DNA of 62,970 bases, filler included, from Chrysochromulina tobinii (taxonomy: Eukaryota), in the NCBI GenBank assembly GCA_001275005.1. It is 7 parts of 7 records of this genome, joined end to end, with 100 filler letters (N's around TTAATTAATTAA, not from the genome) between each part and the next. Parts side by side here need not be neighbours in the genome. Positions count along the whole stretch, not along the records: positions 13,065 to 22,785 come from JWZX01000722.1; positions 22,886 to 33,546 come from JWZX01000723.1; 5 more parts are not named here. One strand, written 5' to 3'. The first letter of the stretch is position 1. The number at the start of each line of letters is the position of its first letter. This document shows, piece after piece, positions 19,185 through 30,578 of the stretch. The translations under genes were made by a program, and so were the position numbers. The notes beneath the pieces are model-generated. The model was not told the DNA's origin. It made no database searches and worked only from the letters and a program-made list of their open reading frames with translations.

Positions 19185-22100
19185 TCACGCGCTCCAGTGT
19201 TGCTCGGGCAGCTCGCACGGGACGACCTCGTGCAGGCGACGCTGCGAGAGCTGTGGCACAGTCGCCTTGACACGGCCTGGGTTGCCCGCAAGCGCGCCGA
19301 CGAGGTCGTGCGATGCGAGGCGCTGCACGAAATCCTGTGCGTTCGCGGCGCCCTTGATCTCGTCGAGCTGGAGTGGGCGCGGTGAGAGGCGGCAGATGAG
19401 TCGCGCCGTGTTGTGCTTCGAGAGCGGTTTCATCTCGAGAACTTTCTCGGCGCCGCCCTGCAGCGGCCGATTGACTGGATCGACGGCCGTGAGTAGCGTG
19501 CGCACGCGCGGGAAGCTGAGAAGCAGCTCAAGCAACTCGGCAAAGCCCGCTGCCTCCGCGAGGTCGGCGCTCACGCCGTCGAGCACGAGGAGGCAGTGCA
19601 GCCCGTGCAGCGGTAAGACGGCCGCCCGCGGCAGCGCGAGGTCCTCGTCGGCAAAGTGCGGGTCGGTCGAGCCCGCAGCGCCGGTGCTGCTGGCTGTGGC
19701 GGTTACGGCGCGCGCGGGTGGCTCCTCCCTCGGGGCGATGGTGGCGACGGCGGCGGCGACGACCGATCGCCCAACTTGCACCCGCAGCCGGCCAGCGAGC
19801 TCGGGGGCGTCCCGCGTGCCCGCACAGTCGACATACACGACGCCATCGGAGAAGTGATGGCGCTGCGCCAGGTAGTTGAGCGCCGCGACGGCGACGGCCG
19901 TCTTACCCACCCCAGCGGGCCCGGTGACGGAGACGAGGCGACGGTCGAGCACACCGGTGATCACGCGGTACGTCTCGACGTTTCTGCCGATGAAGGCCTC
20001 CGCAGTCGCGGGCAGCGGCTGCTGGTGTTGCGAGCCCTTAGGATACGGCGGATCCCACTTTTCGACGGGCAGGAGGTTGGGGAAGGGCACGGCGTTGTGG
20101 TCACCGGCGCCAAAGAGCAGGAACTTATCCCCCTCGATGTGTGCAGACGGTACGTTGGGCGCGTTGACCACGGCCTGCACGCCGATCTCGAAGGCCGCGC
20201 GGATGGACTGGCCGACAGCGAGAGCAAGATAAAAGGCGCGCGTGAACGCGTGTGCAGCGAGGTCCGAGACGCGCGTCGTCAGGCGCACGGCGATGACATG
20301 CGGCACGCCTGCCTCTACAAAGGCCTGTGCAGCAGCCTCCGAGAAGCACGCCGAGACGAAGACGAAGCGGAGCGAGGCGATGCCGCCCGCCTGCAGCAGC
20401 TTCTTGAGCGCGGGCACACGCACGAAGTGCGCATTCCCTCGCCCATCCTCCATCGAGAGGTAGTGTGGATCGCCGTGGCCCGAGTAGTGCAGTCCGCAAC
20501 ACTGGCCGAGCGTCACGAGGGTACGCAGCCGATCGGTCGTCGCGTACTCGAAGCGCACCTTGAGATTGCGCCGCGCCTCGCGCATGGAGTCGCAGATGAG
20601 CTCGCGCTCCTTGTCGAGATCGAGCATGTCCATCGGCACCACCTGCCCGCTTGGGTCTTGGCATACGAGTGACGCCGAGAAGAGCACTCCGAGCACAGGC
20701 ACCTGGCCGCCGCCGGAGCCACCGGCACCGCTTGCGGGGGCGCCCAGACGCATTTCGCCCCCCCACGAGTGCCCCTCGCCCACCCCGCCAGTGGGCCTTG
20801 CGCGCCCGCCGCCACCGCCGCTCGCCGAGCTCGTGGGTGGCGCGTCGGCGCCCAGATGTGAGTGGTCAAGACTCGAGAGGCGCAGCTCGCGGTTCTTGGC
20901 GAGGCGCTCCTGCAGGCGCGCCGCGTCCTGTGCAGCGAAGAAGCCGCCGTCTACCTGAAGCTCACACAGCGAGGTGGTCGAGAGCACGGCGATCAGCAGG
21001 TCTTTCGACTTGGAGCCCGCATGCATCGCGGCCGGTAGGTTGCTGAAAAGCCCAGGCAGAGCGCGGATAGCCTCGACGGGCGGCAGCGCGCCACGCAGCC
21101 CGTTGACGACCGTGAGGCCTGCGACGAAGGCATTATCGAGTAGGGAGAGCTCGAACAAACTAGTCAGGGATGAGACGAGCTTGCTCACGTGATCGATGAC
21201 GCCGACGGTCAGCTGGTTGCCCGCGAGGTCGAGCGAGCGCAGCACGCACCCTCCCGACTTGCCGCCAAGGCAGAGGCTCTCGAGCAGCTGCTGCGCGCCC
21301 GCGTCCGCGAGCCGATTGTATCGCAAGTTGAGCGCCAGCAGCCCACAGCGAGGCGAGCCCGAGGGGCCGCCCTGTAGCCACTCGCAGAGGGGGGCGAGGT
21401 CGGGGCCGCGCAGCGTACTGCGCGCGAGCGAGAGGGTGTGCAGTGCGGCCGGCCGCGCCTTGGCAAGCAGGCGCACGCCGTGGCGCGAGACGGCGTCCGC
21501 TTCGAGATGGAGGGAGTGGATCGAGCGCGGGAGTTCCTTTGGCAAGAAAGCGAGTGGAGGGCCCACCTCCTCGGGGCCGAGGTGCATGCTCTGCGCGTGA
21601 GGTGCATGCTCTGCCCGCCCCAGGGGCGAGGCTCCGGCGGCGGAAAGGATGCCCGCCACCGGGACGGCTATCGGCGGACGGCCGGCGCCGGCGCTACCGC
21701 CGCCGAGGCCGCCACCACCGCTCGTGCCGCCCCGTGCCAGCTCCAGCTCCAGCACCCCCCACGTCTCCAGCACCCCCCTTCACAGCTCCAGCACCCCCCT
21801 TCACAGCTCCAGCAACCCCCACGCCGCCGCCAGCAGCGCCAGCAGCGGCCGCATCCACAGCGCCGCCCAGGCCGCCGCCGGTGGATGCGTCGTGATTGCC
21901 GACGAATGTGAGCGTGTGGATCTGCTCGAAGCGGCCCAGGGCTGTCACCAGTTGGGCACAAAAGGCCTCCGAGAACTCGCAGCTCTCGAACCGGAGGCTC
22001 ACGAGCTGCGGGTGGTCGTTCGTGAGCCGGCGGAGGGCCGCGCTCAGCTTGAATGCATGCAGCTGCCGGTCACGCAGCACGATCGTGTGTGCCGTCGGCG

Positions 22101-22785
22101 GCGGGCGGCATGAGGAGAGCCGCGCTGGCCACTCTGCCTCCCATGTCGCATCCTCGCTTCTCGGGCGCAATGGGTTGAAGCTCGAGCGCGCGTAGCCGCC
22201 CACGTCGGCATCGGCCGCCGCCGAGGAATTGCCAGCCAGCGGCGAGGAGGGCGCGGCGGCGGGGGCGTCCGCGGGAGGCGCGGCGGAGGGCGTAGCAGAG
22301 AGCGTGGCAGAGGGCGTGGCAGAGTCAGCAGGTGATGGGGCCGTCTCTCGCGATTCGCGACGGGCACGACGGCCTTCGGCGACTGCAGCCGCCGCCGCAT
22401 CGCTCGCAGCGGTGGCGGCGGCCCCTGGCGCACCGTTGCGTCGGCGCAGCTGGTCGTCCAGCAGCCACCAAGCGACAAGGGTATCCACACCCTCGGATGC
22501 GAGCTCACGCAGCTCGAGCTCATTGTCGGGGAAGCCGAGCCGCGTGAGCACGCGGAACGCGAGGTGTGCAAGCGGCTCAGGGCTGTGCTCATGCAGCAAG
22601 TACAACGGCTCCGCACCGGCGCGCACGAGCGACTCACGAAGCGCCTGCGCGAGCTGCGCCTGCGCGAGCTGCGCTTGCGTGAGCATCGCCACCGCAAGGC
22701 CTACGCTGCGGCAGAGCGGCTGGCAGATCTGGACGAGCTCATCCTGCTCCGACTCAACCGCACCCGCCACACCTGCCATAGGCTC
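19185..22785 (-). CDS. LRR + CHAT (caspase-like protease) + STAND-type P-loop NTPase protein; 5'-truncated, one probable homopolymer frameshift near 21731
   Basis: RI-like LRRs (LHTLSLARS, LLALNLRYNRL, LRSLDLAGNQL); CHAT dyad LHYSGHG and FVSACFS; FIGRN, Walker A GPAGVGKT, Walker B LLVLDG, C-terminal LAGNP. Confidence 0.88.
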
Positions 22786-22885
22786 NNNNNNNNNNNNNNN
22801 NNNNNNNNNNNNNNNNNNNNNNNNNNNNNTTAATTAATTAANNNNNNNNNNNNNNNNNNNNNNNNNNNNNNNNNNNNNNNNNNNN
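22786..22885. other. Artificial contig spacer
   Basis: N-run + TTAATTAATTAA + N-run. Confidence 0.99.
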
Positions 22886-23873
22886 GATCTGATCATGCAT
22901 GTCTCCGCACTCCAGAGCGCGAATTCCATCTACTCGGCAACCCTATGTTGGCGCGAGCGAGCGACTGGAGCGTACGTAGTCTGACAGCCAGCAACGCGGG
23001 AGAAGTGTATCTCAGGCGTGTGAAAGGGCGGCTGATACCGAGGCCGGGTGTGCACGCTTGCGGCGCCCCGGTTCATTGTCATTGGCTGATGAGATGTTGC
23101 ATTGCCATTCAGCCATTGCATGCCATCTCTGTACATTTCCGTCGGTCTGGCGTGTGTACTGCGTGTACCCTTCCGTGTTAACCATCCGTGTTCAGGGTCG
23201 CTGCGTGACGGACAGCTGGGAGGGACGACAGCTGGGAGGATCCTGATGACTGTACTCTTCAATTGTGTATGTCCCAATTGGTATGTCCTTAGTATGTCCA
23301 CATCGATGTCCACAACATGCGCATGACAACATGGCGTTGCGATGTGTGTTGGAAGTCACACAGGCACACATTCACATTCACACACACACATTCACACCAT
23401 GGCGGGTACCGCGCGGGGGCGGTTTAGAAGGGCGACATGCCCATGGTGAGCTTGAAGCTCATGGCGGGGGCGGCGAGGAGTATGGTAGTTGCGTCCGCGA
23501 GAACGACGGCTGCCGAGATAGCCGCGCGATGGTGTGCAAGGAAGGTGTGGGGGGAGGACCGCGAGAGGCCATACCGGGTGGAATCATGGGTGGTCGGCGC
23601 GCGTGCGTGCTTACCAAGTGCTCGCAGCGCGCGGTCGAAGGTGTGTGTGACTGTCTCCGTCTCCGTGTGTCGGTTAGGTTCGCTTTCAGGAAAACTCTCT
23701 TCACGATCGCGCTCTTCTCTCTCTCTCTCTCCGCGCCTCAGCAGTCCGAAGGGAGGCCAGTAAACATAGGGTCAACCATGAGTAAACCAAACTGTCTAAT
23801 CTATTCACACCGGCTACAATCAAGTAACGAGAGGCAGCAGACTTGTGCTTCCTAAATTGCGCTTGACGAGGCG

Positions 23874-24811
23874 ATGTCAGGCAGGTGCGACGACTGGAGA
23901 ACCGGTGGTTGGGCGTCCCCGTGTCCCTCTGAGCAAACCATAGCGTACGCATTCGTAACCCCCGAACCGTGCCGAAGCTGCGGCGTCGGGTCAGTGCCTC
24001 GGCTCGCCCGTATCATCTTTCTCGTCATGATGGTGAGCATCGCCGACGCACAGGACACCTCCTTTACCGTCTCCTCCGCCTCTTGCGCCGTCGATCCTAG
24101 CTCGCCGAATTGCATTCTGTCGGGGGGCTGGCCGTCGAATTACTGGAATGGCCAGGCGTGCACCATCACGCCGACTGCGCTCGCCATTGGAGCGCCCCTG
24201 ACAGCGACCTCCTTTTGTTCGGAGTCTTGTTGCCCTTGTTACAACATGATGCCGCCGCCGCCGCCGCCGCCGCTCCCGCCATTCTCGCCGTTCGCGCAAT
24301 CGCCGATGATTTCGATGCTTGCTGCTTCGCGCATGCCTCCGCTTTCGCCTCAGGCTCCGCCTCCCCCCCCCCTCCCACTCCGCCTGTGCCTCCGTCGCCG
24401 CTGCTGTCGCCGCTGTCGCCGCCCTCGCCCCCCGGGAGGCACATCATTCGGTGCGCGCTCTTTGCGACATGGGGCAGCGAAGGTTCGTGCGACGACGGTG
24501 GCCCTTGCGCCGAGTCTGGAAACTGCGCGTTAGGTGATGATTGCTCCGACTGCGGCCCCCGTTACGTGATCGCGCCGCCGCCATCGCCGCAACCGCCCTC
24601 GCCGCCACTCAGCTCCACGTTGACCGCTGGCTCGTGCCTAAGTTCCAATGGAAGCCCCCATTGGAATGGAGGCCCCCAAACAATTCAAAGCACCGACCAA
24701 AGGTTTAATGCCAGCATGCAGGAAGATGGAAATTTTGCCGTGTACTCGACCACCGGCCCAATATGGAGCACGGGCACATCCTACGGATCAGGCTACTACC
24801 ATTCTTGCCCC
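23874..24811 (+). pseudogene. Frameshifted fragment of a paralogous surface-protein gene (signal peptide, CUB-like start, CDDGGP Cys repeat, bulb-lectin fragment)
   Basis: ARIIFLVMMV leader (paralogous to ARIIFLAMMV near 25000); CILSGGWPSNYWNGQACTI; CDDGGP..C.LG.DC.DCG; MQEDGNFAVY...PIWSTGT; these lie in different frames. Confidence 0.55.
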
Positions 24812-27544
24812 ATGATGGCGCTGTTCGCTGTACTCTGCGTGGCACCCTATGGTGCCATCCACGTCTTCGCAGCGCTCGCCGCCTCGGCCCTCGCCTCGAT
24901 TCCGGGGTCGCCACCTCAAGGTACTCGTGCCGTCTCTCTATCGTGCCGTCTCTCGGCTCGGCGCGACCCGCCGAGCCGCTTTGGGTCCGAGCCTCGACAC
25001 GCCCGTATCATCTTCCTCGCCATGATGGTGGGCTTTACCAGCGCACAGCACTGCACAGACACGTGCTCCCACGCCTACGACGGCGACTGCCACGATGGCG
25101 GCCCCGGATCCGAGCTCCCGCTTTGCCCCTTGGGTACGGACTGCGCCGACTGCGGACCACGTGGTGGACAGCAGCGAGCGCCGACGCCGCCCGCAGCGGC
25201 GACGACGCCTGCTGCGCCGACGGCGCTCGTTGGCACGCTGAGAGCGGCTGGCGCAAGACTGGCCGCTTCGCCGGCAGCAGCTCGGGTGCCATCCCCCCCG
25301 CCTCCATGGTCGCCACTGATGGCGCTGCCGTGCACCGTGCTGCCCTGCACTGAGCCCAGCCACGTTCCCGAATTTTACCGAGGTGTGCAGCTTGCGGTGC
25401 CCAGCCACCGCCGTGAGCTGCAGACCGCGGTGAGCACCGTCGCCGGCCTGACCAGTGCACTCGCCAACACAGCCGTCGGCCGCATTGTTCTTGCCTCCGG
25501 TACCTACTACCTCACTGCCGAGCTCAGCGTCACCAGGAGCGTCACCCTCGAGGCGGCGGCGGGAGCCACGGTCATCCTGAACGCACAAGCGAGCTCCTCG
25601 AGTCCGCGCCGTGTGCTGCACATCAACCTGGGCTCATCGGGCGTCGTGCAGCTGATCGGGCTCAGGATCACGGGAGGCTACACCACCTCCCATGGCGGTG
25701 GTGTCTTCGTCCAGGGTGGCACAGTGACCTTCTCATCGTGCACCATCAATGGGAACTCACTTAACGCTTATGGAAGTTTTGGAGTAGGCGGCGGTGTCTT
25801 CGTCCAGGGTGGCACAGTGACCTTGTCATCGTGCACCATCAATGGGAACACAGCTTACTCAGCAACTGGGGGCGGTGGTATTGCCGTCCTGGGAGGCACA
25901 GTGACCATCTCATCGTGCACCATCAGTGGGAACACAGTTACATATGCTTGGTGGGGTGGCGGTGTCTACGTTTATGGAGGCACAGTCTCAATCGTCAACT
26001 CTCAGATCTACTCCAACTTTGCTCCGACGGCCGGCGGTGTCTATGCCCAGGGTGGCACAGTGGCCATCTCATCGTGCACCATCAGTGGGAACACAGATGA
26101 AGGCTCGTCGGGGCCCAATGTCTATGTCAACACTGGCGGCACGGTCTGCTCCTGGGCAACGACCCTCACCGGTGTCTCTGGCACTATCTCAACTTGCCCG
26201 GCACCCCCCTCTCTGCAGCTGCCACCGCCCTCGCACTCGCCGCCGCCGCCGCAGCACAGCCACCATCCGCACCATCCGCACCATCCGCATCATCCGCACA
26301 CGCCGCACAGCCACCAGCCGCATAGCCACCATCCGCACACGCCGCACAGCCACCATCCGCATCACCCGCACCATCCGCATCATCCGCATCATCCACATAT
26401 TCCTCATACTCACTATCCGCCACCGCCGCCACCGCCGCCGCTTCCACCCTCGCCGCCGCCGCCCTCGCCGCCGCCGCCCTCGCCCTCGCCGCCGCCGCCG
26501 CCGCCCTCGCCGCCTCCGCCCTCGCCACCTCCGCCCTCGCCCTCACCACCGCCGCCCTCGCCTCATCCGCCACCATCTCCGCCATCACAGCCGCCGACGC
26601 CTCCTGCACCTCCACCCTCGCTGCCGCCACCCTCACCACCGCTCTCGCCGCCGCCGCCCTTTACGCCCTCGCCGCCACCCTCGCCGCCGCCCGCGCCGCC
26701 GGCGATGAGCGTCGTCGGATTCACCCTCGAGCTCGCCGGCGACGTCTCCTCATTCACCCCAAGCGTGCGGACGGAGATGAAGGGCGCGATCGCGGCGAGG
26801 GCGGGCGTCGACCCATCGGCGGTGGAGTTGACGATATCGCCGGGCAGCGTCCTCGTCGACGTGAGCATCCAGACGTCCGCGGTGACGGCGGCCTTGGCGC
26901 AGGCAACGATGGCCAGCGCGGCAAGCAGCCCGAGCAGTGCGACCGCCATGCTCGCGAGCGTCACCGGCGTCTCGATCGCCGTGCTCGCGGTCGTGACGCC
27001 ACCCACCGTCGCAGACGTTCCACCGCCACCTCCGCCTTCACCATCGCCTCCTCCACCCATGTCACCCATGCCAACCGGTGCATCGGCACTCGAGACCGGT
27101 TTGTCAACCGATGCATCGGCAGTCGAGACCAGCGGCTCAAAGGACATCATCATCGGCGTGATCGCTGGTGTGAACATCGTTCTTGTCCTCGCTCTGATCT
27201 TGATCATGCGCCGTCGTAGCAAGGTCGAGCCTGACCACGAGCCGGACGCACCGAGAGGGCAGAGGGCTAGGGTTAGCGCAGGCGGACTTGATGATGATGA
27301 TGATGATGATGATGACGCTCTGATCTTCATGCGCCGTCGTAGCAAGGTCGAGCCTGACCACGAGCTGGACGCACCGAGAGCGCAGAGGGCTAGGGTTAGC
27401 GCAAGCGGACTTGATGATGTCGGGACGAGAATTCCAGGGGAGATTCCCCAGGCCGCGTCCACGGTCGTTAGCATGCTAATCGACCAGCGAGGTGAGACGG
27501 ACGGACAAAACATGCAATTGGAAACATTTGTTGAGGAATTCTAG
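24812..27544 (+). CDS. Type I membrane/surface glycoprotein: Cys repeat, GGG[VI] beta-helix repeats, His-Pro tract, extensin-like Pro tract, SEA-like domain, TM helix
   Basis: CHDGGPGSE..CPLGTDCADCG; five GGG[VI].V.GGTV...SC.I.GN repeats; (HHP)n; (SPPPP)n; TM IIIGVIAGVNIVLVLALILI followed by RRR. Confidence 0.8.
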   Translation: MMALFAVLCVAPYGAIHVFAALAASALASIPGSPPQGTRAVSLSCRLSARRDPPSRFGSEPRHARIIFLAMMVGFTSAQHCTDTCSHAYDGDCHDGGPGSELPLCPLGTDCADCGPRGGQQRAPTPPAAATTPAAPTALVGTLRAAGARLAASPAAARVPSPPPPWSPLMALPCTVLPCTEPSHVPEFYRGVQLAVPSHRRELQTAVSTVAGLTSALANTAVGRIVLASGTYYLTAELSVTRSVTLEAAAGATVILNAQASSSSPRRVLHINLGSSGVVQLIGLRITGGYTTSHGGGVFVQGGTVTFSSCTINGNSLNAYGSFGVGGGVFVQGGTVTLSSCTINGNTAYSATGGGGIAVLGGTVTISSCTISGNTVTYAWWGGGVYVYGGTVSIVNSQIYSNFAPTAGGVYAQGGTVAISSCTISGNTDEGSSGPNVYVNTGGTVCSWATTLTGVSGTISTCPAPPSLQLPPPSHSPPPPQHSHHPHHPHHPHHPHTPHSHQPHSHHPHTPHSHHPHHPHHPHHPHHPHIPHTHYPPPPPPPPLPPSPPPPSPPPPSPSPPPPPPSPPPPSPPPPSPSPPPPSPHPPPSPPSQPPTPPAPPPSLPPPSPPLSPPPPFTPSPPPSPPPAPPAMSVVGFTLELAGDVSSFTPSVRTEMKGAIAARAGVDPSAVELTISPGSVLVDVSIQTSAVTAALAQATMASAASSPSSATAMLASVTGVSIAVLAVVTPPTVADVPPPPPPSPSPPPPMSPMPTGASALETGLSTDASAVETSGSKDIIIGVIAGVNIVLVLALILIMRRRSKVEPDHEPDAPRGQRARVSAGGLDDDDDDDDDALIFMRRRSKVEPDHELDAPRAQRARVSASGLDDVGTRIPGEIPQAASTVVSMLIDQRGETDGQNMQLETFVEEF

Positions 27545-27755
27545 AATACTTAGAGTGACCGGTAAGTATGCTATCGATTACACTTCCTTCCACACGGTTC
27601 CAGTGACGATGCAGGCGTGGAGGCACGCTTCATGCTGCAGCACTCGTCTTTTTGCCTATGCGATGCGCTTCCTATGGGCTATGGCTCGGTCCGCTACCGT
27701 GGCGGTGGAAATAGAGAGCGAGGGTCGAGGGCTTCGCCGCTTTGCCAGCCCTCCG

Positions 27756-30578
27756 TCAGGCATTGTAAGCGTTGGGCGAGCCACGCTCCTCGTCGGCGTA
27801 GGGTTCGGGCGAGGCCGCACGCATCTTCGCCTCGAGTGCCTTCATCGTGGCCTGGGCGGCCGCGTTTGAGCGCTGGCGCTCCTTCGAGGGCGAAAGTTTG
27901 AACCCGCCCTCCACTCCCGCCTGGCGCTGTGCAGCCTGAATCTCCTGGAGGCTCAACTCGTCCCAATCGGTCGACTCGCCCTCGCCTACGGCAGGAGAGG
28001 CTGCTGCGTCCGCCTTGCGCCTCGCTGCCTGCTGCCGCCTCCACTGGCGGAACAGTCGCAGCAGCCTCCACGGCTGCTGCACGCCCAGTGAGAAGGCCGC
28101 CATGCCGAGCAGCAGCAGCGAAGGCACATCGTACGGGATCCCGGTGCATCGGTGGTACAGCAGGTTGAGCGCGAGCAGTGGCAGATCGAGGGTCAGCGGC
28201 GTGATCAGCGCCGCCGCGTACCCGAGTGCCGCGTCGCACTGCGCGGACAGCTGCACGCCACGCGCATGCAATGAGAGACCCCCGAGGAGCAGCACCGTGT
28301 CGGGCCCCATGGGGGCCATGAGCGCTAGCTGCGTCGCCTCGCCCGCCTTCCGCCCGAGCACCTCGCGCAGCGGCTCGTTGAGATGGAACTCGGCAGAGAG
28401 CGCCGAGTACGCGCTGTGAGCGTGCAGCAGCAGCGACAGCAGCGGCAACGGAGCGCCGTAAATGAACGGAGAGGGCGCGACCGATTTCCACAACGTGAAG
28501 TAGCAAAAGAGCCCTGCGGCGATCAAGTTGAGCCACGAAGCGAGCACCATGAGGAGCTGCACGCCACCTACGACCGGCACGCCGCTCACGCGCACGCGCA
28601 TCATCCGAGGCTGGTCCGCGCGCGGAGGCTGCCTGCTCTCCCGTGGCGGGATCTCCGTTGAGATTCGAATCGACGGCTCACGTAGCACGAGGAGCCGCGC
28701 GAGCCGGCGGCGCAGCAGCGGCAGGCTGCCCGGGTGGCGCAGCAGCAGCGGCGCGCGGCTGCCGCTGAAGACCTGCACCATCACGTGCTTCTGCTGCCCG
28801 GGCTCCCGAGCATCGGGCTGGCCGGTGGCCTCCGCGCTCAGCACAGCGCCTGGGCCCTTGGGGTGGAAGAGAGACTTGGCCCTCGGATGCGCCTCCACCA
28901 GCTCGCCGTCGGAAGCATGCATGCATTCCTCGTTTGCCGACTCGTCCGTGGAGACGGAGCGCGCGATGCGCGCCGTGATGAGCGTCTCGTACTCGTACGC
29001 TGCACCGACCCAGTCGCCCGCGTCTTCGCGCGGTGCTCGACCTGGAGTCGGTGGGCGCCAGCGGCCACTGCATGCATGGCCTGCCCAGCCGCCAAAGCCT
29101 GCCGGCTCCCAGTTGCGAGCGGCGGCGAATGCATCCATGTGCGCCTGCTCCTGCGCCGCGTGCTCCTTGGCCTCCTCGACGACCATGTACATCTTGGGCG
29201 AGTCGTGATCCCGGGGGGTGTCGTCGAGCAGATCGTCCTCCCCAAGGTACTGCTCGGGGTCGATCGGCATGCCGAGCGCATCCACCGGCATGCCCCAAAT
29301 CGTTCGAGGCGGCGAGCGCGGCGGCGGCGGGCGGAGCGCGGCTGGCGCGTGGACCGCGACTCCGTCGGTGGCGCTTCGTACGGCGCTCGACGCGGCAGCG
29401 GCCGCCGCCTTGGCTGCTTTGGCTGCGGTCGCCTTGGCGGGCGGCGCGTCGGCCACCGCCCCGTCCAAGCCGCTGCTACTCCTGCTGCTGCTGCCGCCCC
29501 TGAACCCCTTGGTGGCCGCCGGGGCCAGCGTCGGCTTCGCGCTCACGACGGGTGGCACCGCGGTGCTCGCCTTCGAAGACGAGGACAGCGCTGGCAGCAT
29601 GGGCGCCGTGATGGGCACCGTCTTGGGGGGCGGCGGCTTGTGGGGCGCAATTCCGGCGGCGATGGCGTCGACGTCGATGGATGCGCTGGCGATCAGCGGC
29701 TGCGGTCTCGTTTTCGGCAGCGGTCTGGGAGCGTCCATGGGCAGATCGGGGCGCCTCGGCTTCTCCGACAAGAACGTTGAGCTCATCGGGCGTCCCGACG
29801 GCGACACGTGCGCCGACGACAAGCGCGATGTATCGAGAGCGCCGAAGTCGCAGCCTGGGAGCATGCCGAGCGGCAGGTGCGCGTTGTTCGAGGCCCAGAT
29901 GCCAGCAGGCGCCACCTTGGCGGCACGCACGGCGATCGGCCGCGCTGCTGAGGCTGGTGTGGGTATGCTGGACGGCGGCGGCGGCGGCCTGGCGGGCACT
30001 GGCATGTAGTGTGAGCTGCGCGCGGCCCGCCGAGCATCGTCGTCCTCAGCACGCTCCGTCGCCGACCGGTGTGAGCTTGGTTCCTCGCACCTATGGCGCG
30101 GCGAAAACGCGCCCTTTTCGCGGAATTTCTTGCGCGGCGACTGCCGCCTGACCGGCCTGGCACTGCCGTCAAACGCGCTGTGGGTGTGCCGTGCATCGAG
30201 CGCGGCGGCCTGCTTTGGCGAGCGCGCGAGCAGCAGCTCAAAGGCCGCCTCGCGTGCTAGCCGGCGTTTCTCTGTCAGCTCATCAACCATGCCCCTGCCT
30301 GCCGGTGCACGGAACAGTGGCTCCTTGAGAGGCGGCGAAGCTCGGCCTTCTCTGTGCCTCGGCGGCGAGCTGCCGTCGCTCGAGGGCGACGATGGCCGGC
30401 TGAACGGCGAGCCAGGCGGTGCATTAAAGGCATCGAGGATGGGCACGCCGACGTTCATAACTGCACCACCCTTGACTATGAAGAGTAGCCGAAAGTCGAC
30501 AGGAGCGGGCTCGGAGGCGGCGTTTGACCCAAAAGCGAAGCCAAAGGGTCTGAGGAATTTTGTAGTCCTCGCGCCCAC
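27756..30578 (-). CDS. Unknown protein with long disordered N-terminus and C-terminal multi-TM region; start uncertain
   Basis: 940-aa open frame with about 4-5 hydrophobic helices in the last third. Confidence 0.68.
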   Translation of the reverse strand: MGARTTKFLRPFGFAFGSNAASEPAPVDFRLLFIVKGGAVMNVGVPILDAFNAPPGSPFSRPSSPSSDGSSPPRHREGRASPPLKEPLFRAPAGRGMVDELTEKRRLAREAAFELLLARSPKQAAALDARHTHSAFDGSARPVRRQSPRKKFREKGAFSPRHRCEEPSSHRSATERAEDDDARRAARSSHYMPVPARPPPPPSSIPTPASAARPIAVRAAKVAPAGIWASNNAHLPLGMLPGCDFGALDTSRLSSAHVSPSGRPMSSTFLSEKPRRPDLPMDAPRPLPKTRPQPLIASASIDVDAIAAGIAPHKPPPPKTVPITAPMLPALSSSSKASTAVPPVVSAKPTLAPAATKGFRGGSSSRSSSGLDGAVADAPPAKATAAKAAKAAAAAASSAVRSATDGVAVHAPAALRPPPPRSPPRTIWGMPVDALGMPIDPEQYLGEDDLLDDTPRDHDSPKMYMVVEEAKEHAAQEQAHMDAFAAARNWEPAGFGGWAGHACSGRWRPPTPGRAPREDAGDWVGAAYEYETLITARIARSVSTDESANEECMHASDGELVEAHPRAKSLFHPKGPGAVLSAEATGQPDAREPGQQKHVMVQVFSGSRAPLLLRHPGSLPLLRRRLARLLVLREPSIRISTEIPPRESRQPPRADQPRMMRVRVSGVPVVGGVQLLMVLASWLNLIAAGLFCYFTLWKSVAPSPFIYGAPLPLLSLLLHAHSAYSALSAEFHLNEPLREVLGRKAGEATQLALMAPMGPDTVLLLGGLSLHARGVQLSAQCDAALGYAAALITPLTLDLPLLALNLLYHRCTGIPYDVPSLLLLGMAAFSLGVQQPWRLLRLFRQWRRQQAARRKADAAASPAVGEGESTDWDELSLQEIQAAQRQAGVEGGFKLSPSKERQRSNAAAQATMKALEAKMRAASPEPYADEERGSPNAYNA

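Noticed and set aside
21694..21800. Programmed frameshift or two separate genes in the LRR-CHAT locus
   Set aside because: The frame break falls in a G-run within a low-complexity Gly-rich repeat; a single-base sequencing or assembly error is more likely.
23085..23095. CTGATGAG hammerhead-like core (also near 54008)
   Set aside because: No correctly placed GAAA or supporting stems.
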